A DNA stretch of 64,000 nt from a bacterium (GCA_037443185.1 JBBIOV010000001.1:10866-74865); one strand, 5' to 3'; counted from the stretch's first letter, positions 10,024-19,874 are shown. The notes: generated by a model from the letters alone, not told the origin. Made by a program: numbers and translations.

Positions 10024-11076
10024 TTGCTTGTTTCTATGCTTGTTTCTATTAATATTTTAACTTGGAATGCCCAAAAATACATCCGCCAATGTTTAAATGG
10101 CGTTTTTAGTCAATCGTATGATAAATTTGAAATTAATATTGTTGATAACGGTTCAAAAGATAAGACGGTCGCTATTTTAAAAGAAGAATTTTTACCAAAA
10201 TATAAAGGAATAAAGTTGATAGAAAATAAAAATAATATCGGATTTGCGCAAGGACACAATCAGTTAATAAAAATTTCGTCAGGCGATTTAATTTTATCGT
10301 TAAATCAGGATTTAATTTTAGAAAAAGATTATATTAAAAATTCTGTTCCTTTGTTTAAAGATAAATCTATCGGGGCAATGCAGGGTAAACTTTATCGTTT
10401 TGATTGGGATAAAAATGAAATTCAGCAAAACGAAGGTAGGAAAATTATTGATACTACTGGATTGATAATTTTGAAATCACGACGGGTCATTAATAGAGGA
10501 CAAGGACAACCTGATTTGGGACTTTATGAAAATATAGAAGAAATTTTCGGAGTTGACGGTGCGGCGCCGCTTTATCGTCGTCAAGCGTTAGAAGATATTA
10601 AATTGCCATTTATTTTTCAGTCTCTTAATGATGAATATTTTGATTCTGATTTTTTTTCCTACTTAGAAGATGTTGATATCTCCTGGCGTTTACGACTAGC
10701 AGGCTGGAAAATCGTTTATAATCCAAAAGCGATTGGCTATCATGGGAGAGGCGCTAAAGATGTCAAAAATATATTTAATCTCTTTGAATTATTTTTAACA
10801 AGAAAAAATATTAATTCTTTTGTAAAAAAAATCTCCTGGCGTAATAGACGATTAATGCAGCTTAAAAATGAATTTGTTTTAAATATTTTAAAAGATGTTC
10901 CTTTTTGGTTAATAAAAGAAGTTTTGGGATTAATTTATATTCTTTTTTTTGAACCACAAACCCTTAAGGCAATTCCTGAATTTTTTTCAATGGCTCCTAA
11001 AGCGCTTAAGAAAAGAAAATATATTATGAATAATTTAAAAGTTAAACCGCAAGATATTAGGCAATGGTTTCAATGA
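10024..11076 (+). CDS. Family 2 glycosyltransferase
   Basis: INILTWNAQKYIRQCLNGVFSQSY...VDNGSKDKT, and DxD-like YLEDVD. The 5' end carries a 12-nt tandem duplication (MLVSMLVS). Confidence 0.6.
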   Translation: MLVSMLVSINILTWNAQKYIRQCLNGVFSQSYDKFEINIVDNGSKDKTVAILKEEFLPKYKGIKLIENKNNIGFAQGHNQLIKISSGDLILSLNQDLILEKDYIKNSVPLFKDKSIGAMQGKLYRFDWDKNEIQQNEGRKIIDTTGLIILKSRRVINRGQGQPDLGLYENIEEIFGVDGAAPLYRRQALEDIKLPFIFQSLNDEYFDSDFFSYLEDVDISWRLRLAGWKIVYNPKAIGYHGRGAKDVKNIFNLFELFLTRKNINSFVKKISWRNRRLMQLKNEFVLNILKDVPFWLIKEVLGLIYILFFEPQTLKAIPEFFSMAPKALKKRKYIMNNLKVKPQDIRQWFQ

Positions 11077-11077
11077 T

Positions 11078-12100
11078 ATGTTCAAGTCAATTTTGATTAA
11101 AACCTTTTTTGTCGTTCTTATTATCGTGTTTATAATTTTAATTCTTACTGGCTATTTAACATTTAAAACAAATATCGTTTTAGATCAAATTTCTGTTTCT
11201 GAAGATAAAATAAGTACAGATTTTTATCTTCCGAAGGTTGAGACTTTAGATAATTATTTACCAAAATTATCAGAATATAAAGAACCAACCAAAGATCCAA
11301 ATAGAATTAATATTTTATTGCTTGGAATAAGAGGTATTAATGATCTCTATGGTGGAACATTAACCGATACTATTTTGCTTATCTCTTATAAAATAAATTC
11401 GTCGCAAGTAGCGCTCATTTCAATACCGCGAGATATTTACATTAAACTACCGTTTCAAAATCATTGGGTGAAAATTAATGAGGCTTATGCGCAGGGGTTA
11501 AAATTTGGAAGCGAAAGAAGTGGCCTTGAACTTGCCCGTCATGCAGTTCAAAGAATAACAGGAGTAGCAATTGATCATGTAGTGCGAATAGACTTTGAAG
11601 CTTTCAAAAAAACAATTGATTTAGTTGGCGGAATTGAAATTTATTTAGATAAACCTTTTGAAGAAAAAGAACAATTCAAAGGAGCCGGAACTTTTTATCT
11701 GCCAGCAGGAAAAAATATTTTAAATAGCGAACAAGCTCTTTATTATGTGCGGTCACGTTATTCCACAAACGATTTCGATAGAGCAAAAAGAACCCAACAA
11801 GTTTTAATAGCCATTAAAGATAAAATTTTAAAAGATAAGACTTTATTTAACATCGGGAAAATCAACGAAGTATTGAATATTTTGGGAGAGCATGTAAGAA
11901 CTGATATGAGTATTGCTCAAATGAAAAAATATTTTTTAGCATACAGTCATTTCGATTTTTCAAGTATCAAAACGAAAGTTTTCACTGATGCTCCTGACGG
12001 AGAACTTATTTCTCAATTAATTAACGGTATATATGTGCTTTTGCCAAAAGATGGAACTTTTCAAAAAATGCAAGAAGAAGTTCAAAAAATTTTCGATTGA
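11078..12100 (+). CDS. LytR-CpsA-Psr (LCP) family cell-wall glycopolymer transferase
   Basis: N-terminal TM helix, then the LCP core ILLLGIRGINDLYGGTLTDTILLISY...ALISIPRDIYI...IDHVVRIDFEAFKKTIDLVGGIEIYL. Confidence 0.7.
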   Translation: MFKSILIKTFFVVLIIVFIILILTGYLTFKTNIVLDQISVSEDKISTDFYLPKVETLDNYLPKLSEYKEPTKDPNRINILLLGIRGINDLYGGTLTDTILLISYKINSSQVALISIPRDIYIKLPFQNHWVKINEAYAQGLKFGSERSGLELARHAVQRITGVAIDHVVRIDFEAFKKTIDLVGGIEIYLDKPFEEKEQFKGAGTFYLPAGKNILNSEQALYYVRSRYSTNDFDRAKRTQQVLIAIKDKILKDKTLFNIGKINEVLNILGEHVRTDMSIAQMKKYFLAYSHFDFSSIKTKVFTDAPDGELISQLINGIYVLLPKDGTFQKMQEEVQKIFD

Positions 12101-12121
12101 TATTAAATTGGGTTTAACTGT

Positions 12122-12952
12122 ATGTTGTCGATTATTATTACTCATTATAAAACTTTAAATTTATTAATAAAATGCCTCGATTCAATTAAAAAATGCGAAG
12201 GTAAAAGAGATTTTGAAGTTATCGTTTGTGATTCTCAGGCTCAAAAAAAAACAAAACAAATTATAAAAAACAATTATCCACAGGTACGCTATATAAAATT
12301 TACTGAAAATGTCGGATATGGTAGACTAGTTAATGCTGGCATAAAAGCCGCTCAAGGAAATTATTACTTGATTTTAAACGCTGATGTCATCGTCAATGTC
12401 AATGGAATTGAAAAAATGCTTAATTATTTCAATAATAATCCTGATATTGGCGTTTTAGGTCCTAAACTTTTAAACATTGATGGTACTTTGCAAAATAGTT
12501 GTTTTCGGTGGTATGATTTTTGGGTAGTGCTTGCTCGGCGAACAAGTTTTGGCAAAACAAATTTTGGAAAAAAAGTTTTAGCAAAATTTTTAATGGAAGA
12601 TTATGACAAAAAACATCCTCGCGAAGTCAATTGGGTAATGGGGTCGGCTTTTTTAACCTCAAAAAAAGTTATTCAGAAAGTTGGCTTGATAGATTCTCGG
12701 TTTTTTATGTATTTTGATGATGTAGATTTTTGTAAAAGAGTCTGGCTTGCTGGTTTTAAGGTAGTTTATTTTCCTGAAGCAATATTTATACATCATCATC
12801 TAAAATCTTCAGATAGCAAAAGGGGAGTGATAGATATCTTCAAAAATCCATTAACAAGAATTCATATTGTAAGTTATATAAAATATACCTTAAAGTGGAT
12901 GTTCAAGAAAAATTTAATACAATTTTTGCAGTCACAAAGTTTTTTCTATTGA
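12122..12952 (+). CDS. Family 2 glycosyltransferase
   Basis: LSIIITHYKTLNLLIKCLDSI...VIVCDSQAQ, and DxD-like MYFDDVDF. Confidence 0.6.
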   Translation: MLSIIITHYKTLNLLIKCLDSIKKCEGKRDFEVIVCDSQAQKKTKQIIKNNYPQVRYIKFTENVGYGRLVNAGIKAAQGNYYLILNADVIVNVNGIEKMLNYFNNNPDIGVLGPKLLNIDGTLQNSCFRWYDFWVVLARRTSFGKTNFGKKVLAKFLMEDYDKKHPREVNWVMGSAFLTSKKVIQKVGLIDSRFFMYFDDVDFCKRVWLAGFKVVYFPEAIFIHHHLKSSDSKRGVIDIFKNPLTRIHIVSYIKYTLKWMFKKNLIQFLQSQSFFY

Positions 12953-13553
12953 AATAAAAAAAATTCAAGGATAATTTTATTGGCTTTAGATTTATTATTA
13001 AAAATATTCAAGGAGGAGGCTATTTAGTTTTTATAAATGTGTTATTTTAAATGATAAAAAGTTAATTTGGATTTTTAAACAGTGTGTGCTTAATTATTTT
13101 ATAAAAAGTATTTGAAGTTTCGATTTTTATGGTAAAAAATTAGTAAATATGACTAAAGTAATAAAAAGAGTTTAGCGATACATTAAATGTGTTTAAAAAT
13201 AAAATAGACGATTTAACTATACTAATTCAAATTGTTTTAAAAGCTATCATTATATCTTTTTGCTTTTACCCCTTTCTTTTTTTAAAAAATTGGTTATAAT
13301 GAAAAATTAAAATGCTGGTAAAAATTGTTAAAAACGGGAGTTGCCGAATTAATCTGATGAATGAAATTTAAAATCGCAAATTTTAAAAAATTGCCACTTC
13401 ACTAATTTATATTTATTTATAAACAATTTATGATTTGGCCATTTTGATTTTTATCATTTGTTGAATTTGTTTTTAATTTAAAAATTAAGAATGATAAGAT
13501 TAGAGTAAACATAGTTTAGGGTAAAGAAAAATTAAATACTATATTTTAAAACA

Positions 13554-14759
13554 ATGCGCAAAATATTATTTTTTATTTCAGGAGTAATACTTTTTATCGT
13601 TGGATTTCAGACAGCGCGAGTTTATCCTGATTTAAACTTACCTTTACAATTACAGCCCACTTTTAAATATACTGGAAATTTAGAAGATAAACCGCCTCTT
13701 GATATGTTTTGGTATGTTTGGGATAAAGTGCATCAGTTATTTATTGATAAAGATAAATTAAATAATCAGGAACTTTTATTTGGGGCAATAAAGGGAATGG
13801 TAGATGCAACGGGTGATCCTTATTCGGCTTATCTTGACCCAAAAGAGACAAAAAATTTTAATGATTCGCTTCAGGGTTCTTTCGAAGGAATAGGCGCCGA
13901 AATCGGAAAAAGGGATTCAAATATTGTCATAATTGCTCCATTAAAAAATACTCCGGCAGAAAGAGCAGGATTGAAGCCAGGCGATATAGTTTTAAAAATC
14001 GACAATGTTTCTACTTATAAAATGAGTTTAGATGAAGCGGTAAGTAGAATAAAAGGAAAAAGGGGGACTGAAGTCACTTTAAATGTTTTAAGAGAAAGTG
14101 AATCTGAGCCAATCGATATTAAAATTATAAGAGATTTAATAAATATCCCAGTAATGGATTTAACGCTTATTAATGGCGCCAATGGCAATGAAAAGATTGC
14201 TCATCTGTCAATTTATAATTTCAACGAAAAATTATCTTTTGAATTCCAAAAAGCTGTGTCCGAAATCAAAAAAAATAATATTACAAAAATCATCTTAGAT
14301 TTTCGTAATAACCCAGGGGGAATTTTAGAAACTGCTGTAAATATTGCAGGTTATTTTGTTGAAAAAGATTCTCTCATTGTAAAGGAATTAACTCAAAATG
14401 GCAGTATCAGAGAACATCGATCTAACAGAATTGATGCGCCCTTAAAAGATAAAAAAATAGTTGTTTTAATTAATAAAGGAACAGCTTCAGCAGCGGAAAT
14501 TTTAGCAGGAGCTCTAAAAGAAATTAAAAATATTACGATTATCGGAGAGAAATCTTTTGGCAAAGGTTCTGTGCAAGCTTATGAAATATTACCGGATAAA
14601 TCGTCATTGAAACTTACAGTTGCTAAATGGTTGACGCCAAGCAGTAAATCTATACAGGACAATGGTATAACGCCTGATATTGAAATTAAAATCAGTAAAG
14701 AAGATTTAGAATCAAAAAAAGATCCTCAACTGGAAAAAGCTTTACAAATTTTAAAATAG
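13554..14759 (+). CDS. ctpA: Carboxyl-terminal processing protease (S41 family)
   Basis: PDZ segment PAERAGLKPGDIVLKIDN, S41 motifs RNNPGG, SASAAEILAGAL, GEKSFGKGSVQ. N-terminal signal/TM. Confidence 0.8.
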   Translation: MRKILFFISGVILFIVGFQTARVYPDLNLPLQLQPTFKYTGNLEDKPPLDMFWYVWDKVHQLFIDKDKLNNQELLFGAIKGMVDATGDPYSAYLDPKETKNFNDSLQGSFEGIGAEIGKRDSNIVIIAPLKNTPAERAGLKPGDIVLKIDNVSTYKMSLDEAVSRIKGKRGTEVTLNVLRESESEPIDIKIIRDLINIPVMDLTLINGANGNEKIAHLSIYNFNEKLSFEFQKAVSEIKKNNITKIILDFRNNPGGILETAVNIAGYFVEKDSLIVKELTQNGSIREHRSNRIDAPLKDKKIVVLINKGTASAAEILAGALKEIKNITIIGEKSFGKGSVQAYEILPDKSSLKLTVAKWLTPSSKSIQDNGITPDIEIKISKEDLESKKDPQLEKALQILK

Positions 14760-14834
14760 TAAAAACTTTTTTGTCATTATTTTTTTATTTATAAAAATTA
14801 AAAATTGGATTGAAATTAAAATCCATTTCGTAAA

Positions 14835-15314
14835 ATGAAAAAAATCAAAATCATCCTCTTAAAAGATGTGTCTATTTTAGGAGTTAAAGGAGATATAACA
14901 GAAGTAACCTTTGGATACTTTAAAAACTATCTTTTACCACAAAAATTAGCAGAAGTTTTGACCGAAGCTAAATTGCAACAAATAGAAGCACAAAAAATAG
15001 CTTTAGCTCAAAAAGAAAAGAAAGATTTTGAGCGAGCAAAAAAACTAAAAAAACTTCTTAAAAGCATCACTTTGAAATTTAAGATGCCAGCGGAAAAAGA
15101 GCATCTTTATGGATCCATAGGACCAAAAGACATAGTTAAGGCATTAGCCGAAAAAAATATAAAAATCTCCGAAAAAAATATTTTAATGGATTCACATATT
15201 AAAACAACTGGAGAACATAGTGTTTCAATAGATTTAGGTTATAATTTTAAAACAAAACTTCAAATTAAAATTCAAGCTTCTTTCAGTAAAAAAAGTTCTA
15301 AGAATAAAAAATAA
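14835..15314 (+). CDS. rplI: 50S ribosomal protein L9
   Basis: MKKIKIILLKDVSILGVKGDITEVTFGYFKNYLLPQKLA matches the L9 N-domain consensus; size 159 aa. Confidence 0.8.
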   Translation: MKKIKIILLKDVSILGVKGDITEVTFGYFKNYLLPQKLAEVLTEAKLQQIEAQKIALAQKEKKDFERAKKLKKLLKSITLKFKMPAEKEHLYGSIGPKDIVKALAEKNIKISEKNILMDSHIKTTGEHSVSIDLGYNFKTKLQIKIQASFSKKSSKNKK

Positions 15315-15319
15315 TTTTT

Positions 15320-17011
15320 TTGATGGATTATCAAAATCGCAAAAAAGGGAAAGGTCCTTATTATATTTTCATTTTTGGAGGGGTAATGTCTGGAATAGGG
15401 AAGGGAATAGTTTCTGGATCTATTGGTGCACTTTTAAAAAGTGCTGGTTTTAGAACATCTTGTATGAAAATTGATCCTTATTTAAATGTTGATGCCGGCA
15501 CAATGAATCCGACTGAACATGGAGAAGTTTTTGTAACTTATGATGGTATGGAGACTGATCAAGATATAGGCAGTTATGAGCGTTTTTTACATGAAGAGAT
15601 AAGCGCTGCAAATTATATGACTTCAGGTTCTGTTTTCAAAACAGTAATCGATAACGAAAGAACCTTAAAATATGATGGCCGATGCGTCGAAGTTGTGCCG
15701 CATATTCCTAATGAAATTATACGACGTATCAAATTAGCTGTAAAAAAATCTCAATTAGATTTTTTAATCGTCGAAGTTGGGGGCACAGTAGGGGAATATC
15801 AAAATATGTTATTTGTTGAAGCCGCGAGAATGATGAAAATTCAAAATCCAACAAATGTCGCTTTCATTTTGGTAGGTTATTTGCCAACTCCTCCACATAT
15901 CGGCGAAATGAAAACTAAACCAACTCAATATGCCGTTAGAACTCTTAATATGGCTGGCATTCAGCCAGACCTTTTAATCGCAAGAGCACAAAACAAAATA
16001 GATGAAAAAAGAAAAGAAAAACTTTCAATTTTTTGCAATGTAAGTATTAATCATATCATTTCTGCGCCTGATATGGAATCAATTTATCAGGTGCCTTTAG
16101 AATTATTAAAAGAAAATATTGTTAAAATTATTCTGCGACATTTTAATTTACCCATTAAAAAAGATTTAAAAAAATCAATTTTTTTAAAAAAATGGCAGGA
16201 GTTAGTCAAAAAGATTAATTCGCGTTCGGCATTAAAAGTTCGTATCGGTATTTCCGGAAAATATTTTCGTAGCGGAAGATATACTTTGTCTGATTCTTAT
16301 ATCTCTGTTATAGAAGCAATAAAGCACGCTTCCTGGGCTAATAATATTCAACCGGAAATAATTTGGTTAGATTCAGAAAAATATGAAAAAAATCCTTCCT
16401 TAGTAAAAGAACTGGCAGATTTCGATGGCATTATCGTGCCTGGTGGATTTGGCAGTAGGGGAGTAGAAGGTAAAATTTTAACAATAGAATTCGCGAGGAA
16501 AAAATTGGTCCCTTATTTAGGATTATGTTACGGGATGCAACTTGCTTGTATTGAAATAGCGCGTAATGTTTTAAATTTAAAAGATGCCAATACAACAGAG
16601 GTTGACCCAAATACAAAAAACCCAGTAATTGACACAATGCCAGAACAAAAAGTATTTTTAAAAGAAAAATATTTCGGAGGTTCAATGAGACTTGGACAAT
16701 ATTTATGCGACATTAAAAACGGGACTATTGCTTTTAGAGCTTATAAAAAAAATAAAATATTAGAGAGGCACCGCCATCGCTATGAATTTAATAATCAATA
16801 CAAAAGCATTTTTGAAAGTGCGGGTGTAATATTTTCTGGCATCAACAAAGAAAGATCTTTAGTGGAAATAATGGAACTTAAAAACCACCCCTTTTTTTTA
16901 GGGACACAATTTCATCCTGAATTTAAATCCCGACCATTAAAACCGCACCCTCTTTTTCAGGCTTTTATAAAAGCAGCCCTTCAAAGAAGTAAAAAACGCA
17001 CCAAAAATTGA
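15320..17011 (+). CDS. pyrG: CTP synthase
   Basis: YIFIFGGVMSGIGKGIVSGSIGALLKSAGF...DPYLNVDAGTMNPTEHGEVFVTYDG, and glutaminase-domain GLCYGMQLA. Confidence 0.9.
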   Translation: MMDYQNRKKGKGPYYIFIFGGVMSGIGKGIVSGSIGALLKSAGFRTSCMKIDPYLNVDAGTMNPTEHGEVFVTYDGMETDQDIGSYERFLHEEISAANYMTSGSVFKTVIDNERTLKYDGRCVEVVPHIPNEIIRRIKLAVKKSQLDFLIVEVGGTVGEYQNMLFVEAARMMKIQNPTNVAFILVGYLPTPPHIGEMKTKPTQYAVRTLNMAGIQPDLLIARAQNKIDEKRKEKLSIFCNVSINHIISAPDMESIYQVPLELLKENIVKIILRHFNLPIKKDLKKSIFLKKWQELVKKINSRSALKVRIGISGKYFRSGRYTLSDSYISVIEAIKHASWANNIQPEIIWLDSEKYEKNPSLVKELADFDGIIVPGGFGSRGVEGKILTIEFARKKLVPYLGLCYGMQLACIEIARNVLNLKDANTTEVDPNTKNPVIDTMPEQKVFLKEKYFGGSMRLGQYLCDIKNGTIAFRAYKKNKILERHRHRYEFNNQYKSIFESAGVIFSGINKERSLVEIMELKNHPFFLGTQFHPEFKSRPLKPHPLFQAFIKAALQRSKKRTKN

Positions 17012-17046
17012 AGAAACTCTACTTTTGAGCTCTAAAGCTTTTAAAG

Positions 17047-17319
17047 TTAATTGACGCTAACAAATTTTGCTTTTTTGGTGCGTCCGTCAAAGAGGCGAAT
17101 TTTTTTTTCATAAAACTTAACAATACCTGATTTTGCGGCATAAATAGTATAATCCTTGCCAATACGCACATTTTTTCCTGGCTTAAATGTTTCGCCTCTT
17201 TGTCGCACGATTATATTGCCAACCTGCGCTTTTTGGCCGCCAAAAATCTTGACTCCTAATCGTTTTGATATAGAATCTCTTCCTAAAGTTGTAGTTGTTT
17301 TACCTCCTTTTCCGGCCAT
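17047..17319 (-). CDS. rpmA: 50S ribosomal protein L27. The true start is MAGKGG; the ORF track's 25-aa N-terminal extension is rejected.
   Basis: [61 protein letters not shown] matches the L27 consensus. Confidence 0.85.
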   Translation of the reverse strand: MAGKGGKTTTTLGRDSISKRLGVKIFGGQKAQVGNIIVRQRGETFKPGKNVRIGKDYTIYAAKSGIVKFYEKKIRLFDGRTKKAKFVSVN

Positions 17320-17373
17320 ATTGATAATATTTTTAAGTTTATTAAAAATGATAATTAAATTTAATTTTATAAA

Positions 17374-17697
17374 ATGATAAACGAAATTAATCAAAAAATC
17401 AATAGAAAATTCGGTAAATTAATAAGGATTAGCTCATGGGAATCATGTTTCAATTCATTAGAGAGTCTATTTAAAAAAATCAAAAATAATATTCTTATAT
17501 ACAAAGAATTAATCGAAAAAGCCATAATACTAACTTTAATCATTGTTTTTGCCTTTATTTTAGGGCTTTCCCTTGGTATAAGCCAAAAACAACTTACTGG
17601 AGCTATTTTTACAAGTCCTGAAGGATTTGATATGGAATTAGAGGAAAATTTCTTTATTCAAATGGATAAACTATTTAAATTAAAGAGTAATTATTAA
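17374..17697 (+). CDS. Hypothetical small membrane protein (one TM helix)
   Basis: 107-aa ORF with hydrophobic segment [20 protein letters not shown]. No recognisable family; divergent from rpmA. Confidence 0.3.
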   Translation: MINEINQKINRKFGKLIRISSWESCFNSLESLFKKIKNNILIYKELIEKAIILTLIIVFAFILGLSLGISQKQLTGAIFTSPEGFDMELEENFFIQMDKLFKLKSNY

Positions 17698-17933
17698 AGA
17701 TACTAATTATAAAGATACACGAAAAGTTCAAAATGATTAACTTGATAGCTTAAAATATTATTTAGTAAATTGTGCTTTTAAAATCATTTACCTTTAAAAA
17801 AACGCAAAAAAATTTGTTTTAAATTATCCAAAATTTGCTAATTATGATTTATAATATAGTTTTTTTATGCTTTGTTTTACATAATTTTATATGACGCATA
17901 AGATACATTGTGCGACATATTAAATTAAACAAA

Positions 17934-17958
17934 TAAGGGGCCATAAAAGCCCCTTCTC
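17934..17958 (-). terminator. Rho-independent terminator candidate for the minus-strand small-protein/M23 transcript
   Basis: Perfect 7-bp GC-rich stem AAGGGGC/GCCCCTT with a 7-nt loop, 22 nt after the stop of the 17980..18201 gene. A T-rich tract follows on the minus strand. Confidence 0.45.
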
Positions 17959-17979
17959 TACTTTAAGATAAAAAGTTAA

Positions 17980-18201
17980 TTAAAAATCAAAGAACTTCTG
18001 CGTTGATACTCGCCAACCTCTTCTATCAAGTTCGCGTAAATCAAAAAGTGGTTTCATTGTTTTATGAATCGCGCTCAAATTTCTATATTCTTTAGAACAT
18101 CTTGGACAATGTTGCTCGTGTTTCTTAAAATTTTCTTCTAATATCTCACTTGCCCTTCCCTCAGCTAAAAGCACCAATTCATAGTGTTTTAAACAGTCCA
18201 T
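17980..18201 (-). CDS. zf-HC2 (ZAS-type anti-sigma-factor-like) zinc-finger protein, 73 aa
   Basis: MDCLKHYELVLLAEGRASEILEENFKKHEQHCPRCSKEY fits the anti-sigma zinc-finger pattern C..(E)L..l..g.......H-x3-C-x2-C. No ECF sigma gene is adjacent. Confidence 0.4.
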   Translation of the reverse strand: MDCLKHYELVLLAEGRASEILEENFKKHEQHCPRCSKEYRNLSAIHKTMKPLFDLRELDRRGWRVSTQKFFDF

Positions 18202-18443
18202 ACTTCCTCCTTTGTCATATTATGCGCAATTATATGTTGAGGATTAATGCATTTTAACGATAAGGTCTTACGACATTTTGAGCAATAATATTCAATAACT
18301 CCTCTTTTAAATTTATTTATATCATCATTTAACTTATCAAATCGCCTATTCAGTAAAGCTGACTGAAAAATGAAACCGCAGTCACAAATAAAAACACAAT
18401 TTTGCTGCGCCGCCTGAATTATCTTTTCCGATATTACGGCCAT
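18189..18443 (-). CDS. Cys-rich hypothetical protein (putative Zn-binding). The start is likely MAVISEK.
   Basis: CVFICDCG...CSKCRKTLSLKC Cys clusters. Overlaps the downstream zf-HC2 gene by 13 nt. Confidence 0.3.
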   Translation of the reverse strand: MAVISEKIIQAAQQNCVFICDCGFIFQSALLNRRFDKLNDDINKFKRGVIEYYCSKCRKTLSLKCINPQHIIAHNMTKEEVWTV

Positions 18444-18533
18444 AATTGTTTTGCCTCTTGGACTTAATATCATAAAGAACAACCTCCTTATTAATCAATT
18501 GATATTGAAGTTAAATTAATAATACCTCACTTA

Positions 18534-19874
18534 TTATAAATAATCAAGTGGATTTAAAGTACCAGTTGGTTCAGAGCCATCGCCATATTTGAATAAAAGT
18601 TCTCCCGTTGGAGATTTATAAGTGAAAAATTCTGAATATAAACTAAAATGCAAGTGCGAACCAGTTGAATAACCGCTTGAACCTTCTTGTCCTATCACTT
18701 CTCCAGCTTTAACCTCTTCTCCTACTTTTTTATGGGATAATGAATATAGATGGGTATATACAGTTACAAAGCCACCCTCATGCTCAATAGCTAACCAATT
18801 GCCCCAGCCTCCGGCGCACTGCCTACCTTCTCTAGTTTTAGCATAGTTGGGACAAGGACTTTGATTTTTAGCGACTACTTTTCCATCAGCTGCTGCCTTT
18901 ACTTCTGAGCCTAAACCAGATGACATATCAATACCGTTATGACCTTTTCCTCCGTATACTCCAGTTTTGGCATATGGTGTCATCCCGTATCTTTGAGTGA
19001 TGATAGGATTATCTAAGGGCCAGGACAACCACTTTATGCCCTTTGGGGGAATTTTGCCGGCTTTTAAATAAATAATAAATGCGCGCGATTTCTCGACTAA
19101 TGCTTCTAATTTTGCTATTTCGATTCGTAAACTTGCTTCTTCTTTTTGAATTTCAGATAACATTTGAGAATATAATTTTTGCTGCCCTTTGCTTTTTATT
19201 AATATTTTATCTTTCTGTTCTTTTTGTTGGGAAAGATCTTCTTGTTGAAAAGAAAGTTTTTTGTTTAAATTTTCCATTTCTAATTTTTTTTCTTTAATCC
19301 CATCTTGGATTTCTTTTATTTTTTCCTGATTTAATTTTAGTTCCAGAATTAAAGTTCTTATTTCCGCTTGCAGAGAATTTAAATTTTGGCGTTGATTGAA
19401 AAACTCAGAAAATGTTTTATTGGTCAAAAAAATTTCTAAAAGTGAAGCACGGGAATGAACATAAATTTTTCTTATTAAAGCCCCGAGGTGCTTTTTTTTA
19501 TAAGAAATATCTTCTTCCAAGGCTAAAATTTTCAAATCCATTTTTTTAATTTCAAATTCAGCTTGTCGGATATTTAAAGTGGTTTTATTGATTTCATTTT
19601 CCAACCTTTCAATCTGAATCGTTAAATAATGAATTGTATTTTCTAATGAAGTAATTTCTTTGTTTTTATTTTCAAGAAGAAAACGGTAATGCTGGGCTTT
19701 TTGCTCTAATTCTTTTTTTCTTTTTACTAAATCAGAAATTTGCTTTTCAAGTTGGTCTATGGATTGCGCTTTAATAAAGCTTAACGAAAATATAAAAAAA
19801 ATAAATGAAAAAAATAAAATTAATTTTTCTGAAAAATTTTTTTGTAATTTATAGCATAAAAAATTCATTGCCAA
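18534..19874 (-). CDS. M23-family metallopeptidase with a long N-terminal coiled coil (EnvC/LytM-like murein hydrolase or activator)
   Basis: Signal/TM at the N-terminus, about 250 aa of heptad-rich coiled coil, then the M23 catalytic core GHNGIDMSSGLGSEVKAAADGKVV...TGYSTGSHLHFSLY. Confidence 0.75.
   Translation of the reverse strand: MAMNFLCYKLQKNFSEKLILFFSFIFFIFSLSFIKAQSIDQLEKQISDLVKRKKELEQKAQHYRFLLENKNKEITSLENTIHYLTIQIERLENEINKTTLNIRQAEFEIKKMDLKILALEEDISYKKKHLGALIRKIYVHSRASLLEIFLTNKTFSEFFNQRQNLNSLQAEIRTLILELKLNQEKIKEIQDGIKEKKLEMENLNKKLSFQQEDLSQQKEQKDKILIKSKGQQKLYSQMLSEIQKEEASLRIEIAKLEALVEKSRAFIIYLKAGKIPPKGIKWLSWPLDNPIITQRYGMTPYAKTGVYGGKGHNGIDMSSGLGSEVKAAADGKVVAKNQSPCPNYAKTREGRQCAGGWGNWLAIEHEGGFVTVYTHLYSLSHKKVGEEVKAGEVIGQEGSSGYSTGSHLHFSLYSEFFTYKSPTGELLFKYGDGSEPTGTLNPLDYL

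Noticed and set aside
13005-13016. Strong SD-like AAGGAGGAGG in the long intergenic region
   Set aside because: No ATG/GTG/TTG with an open frame longer than 10 codons follows within 15 nt, so no gene can be supported.
17320-17394. 25-aa N-terminal extension ([25 protein letters not shown]) of ribosomal protein L27
   Set aside because: L27 universally starts near MA(H/G)KKGGG. The extension is AT-rich, hydrophobic junk overlapping the divergent promoter region.
17846-17851. TATAAT hexamers in the 17700..17980 spacer
   Set aside because: No suitably spaced -35 element and no downstream plus-strand gene. Chance occurrence in AT-rich DNA.
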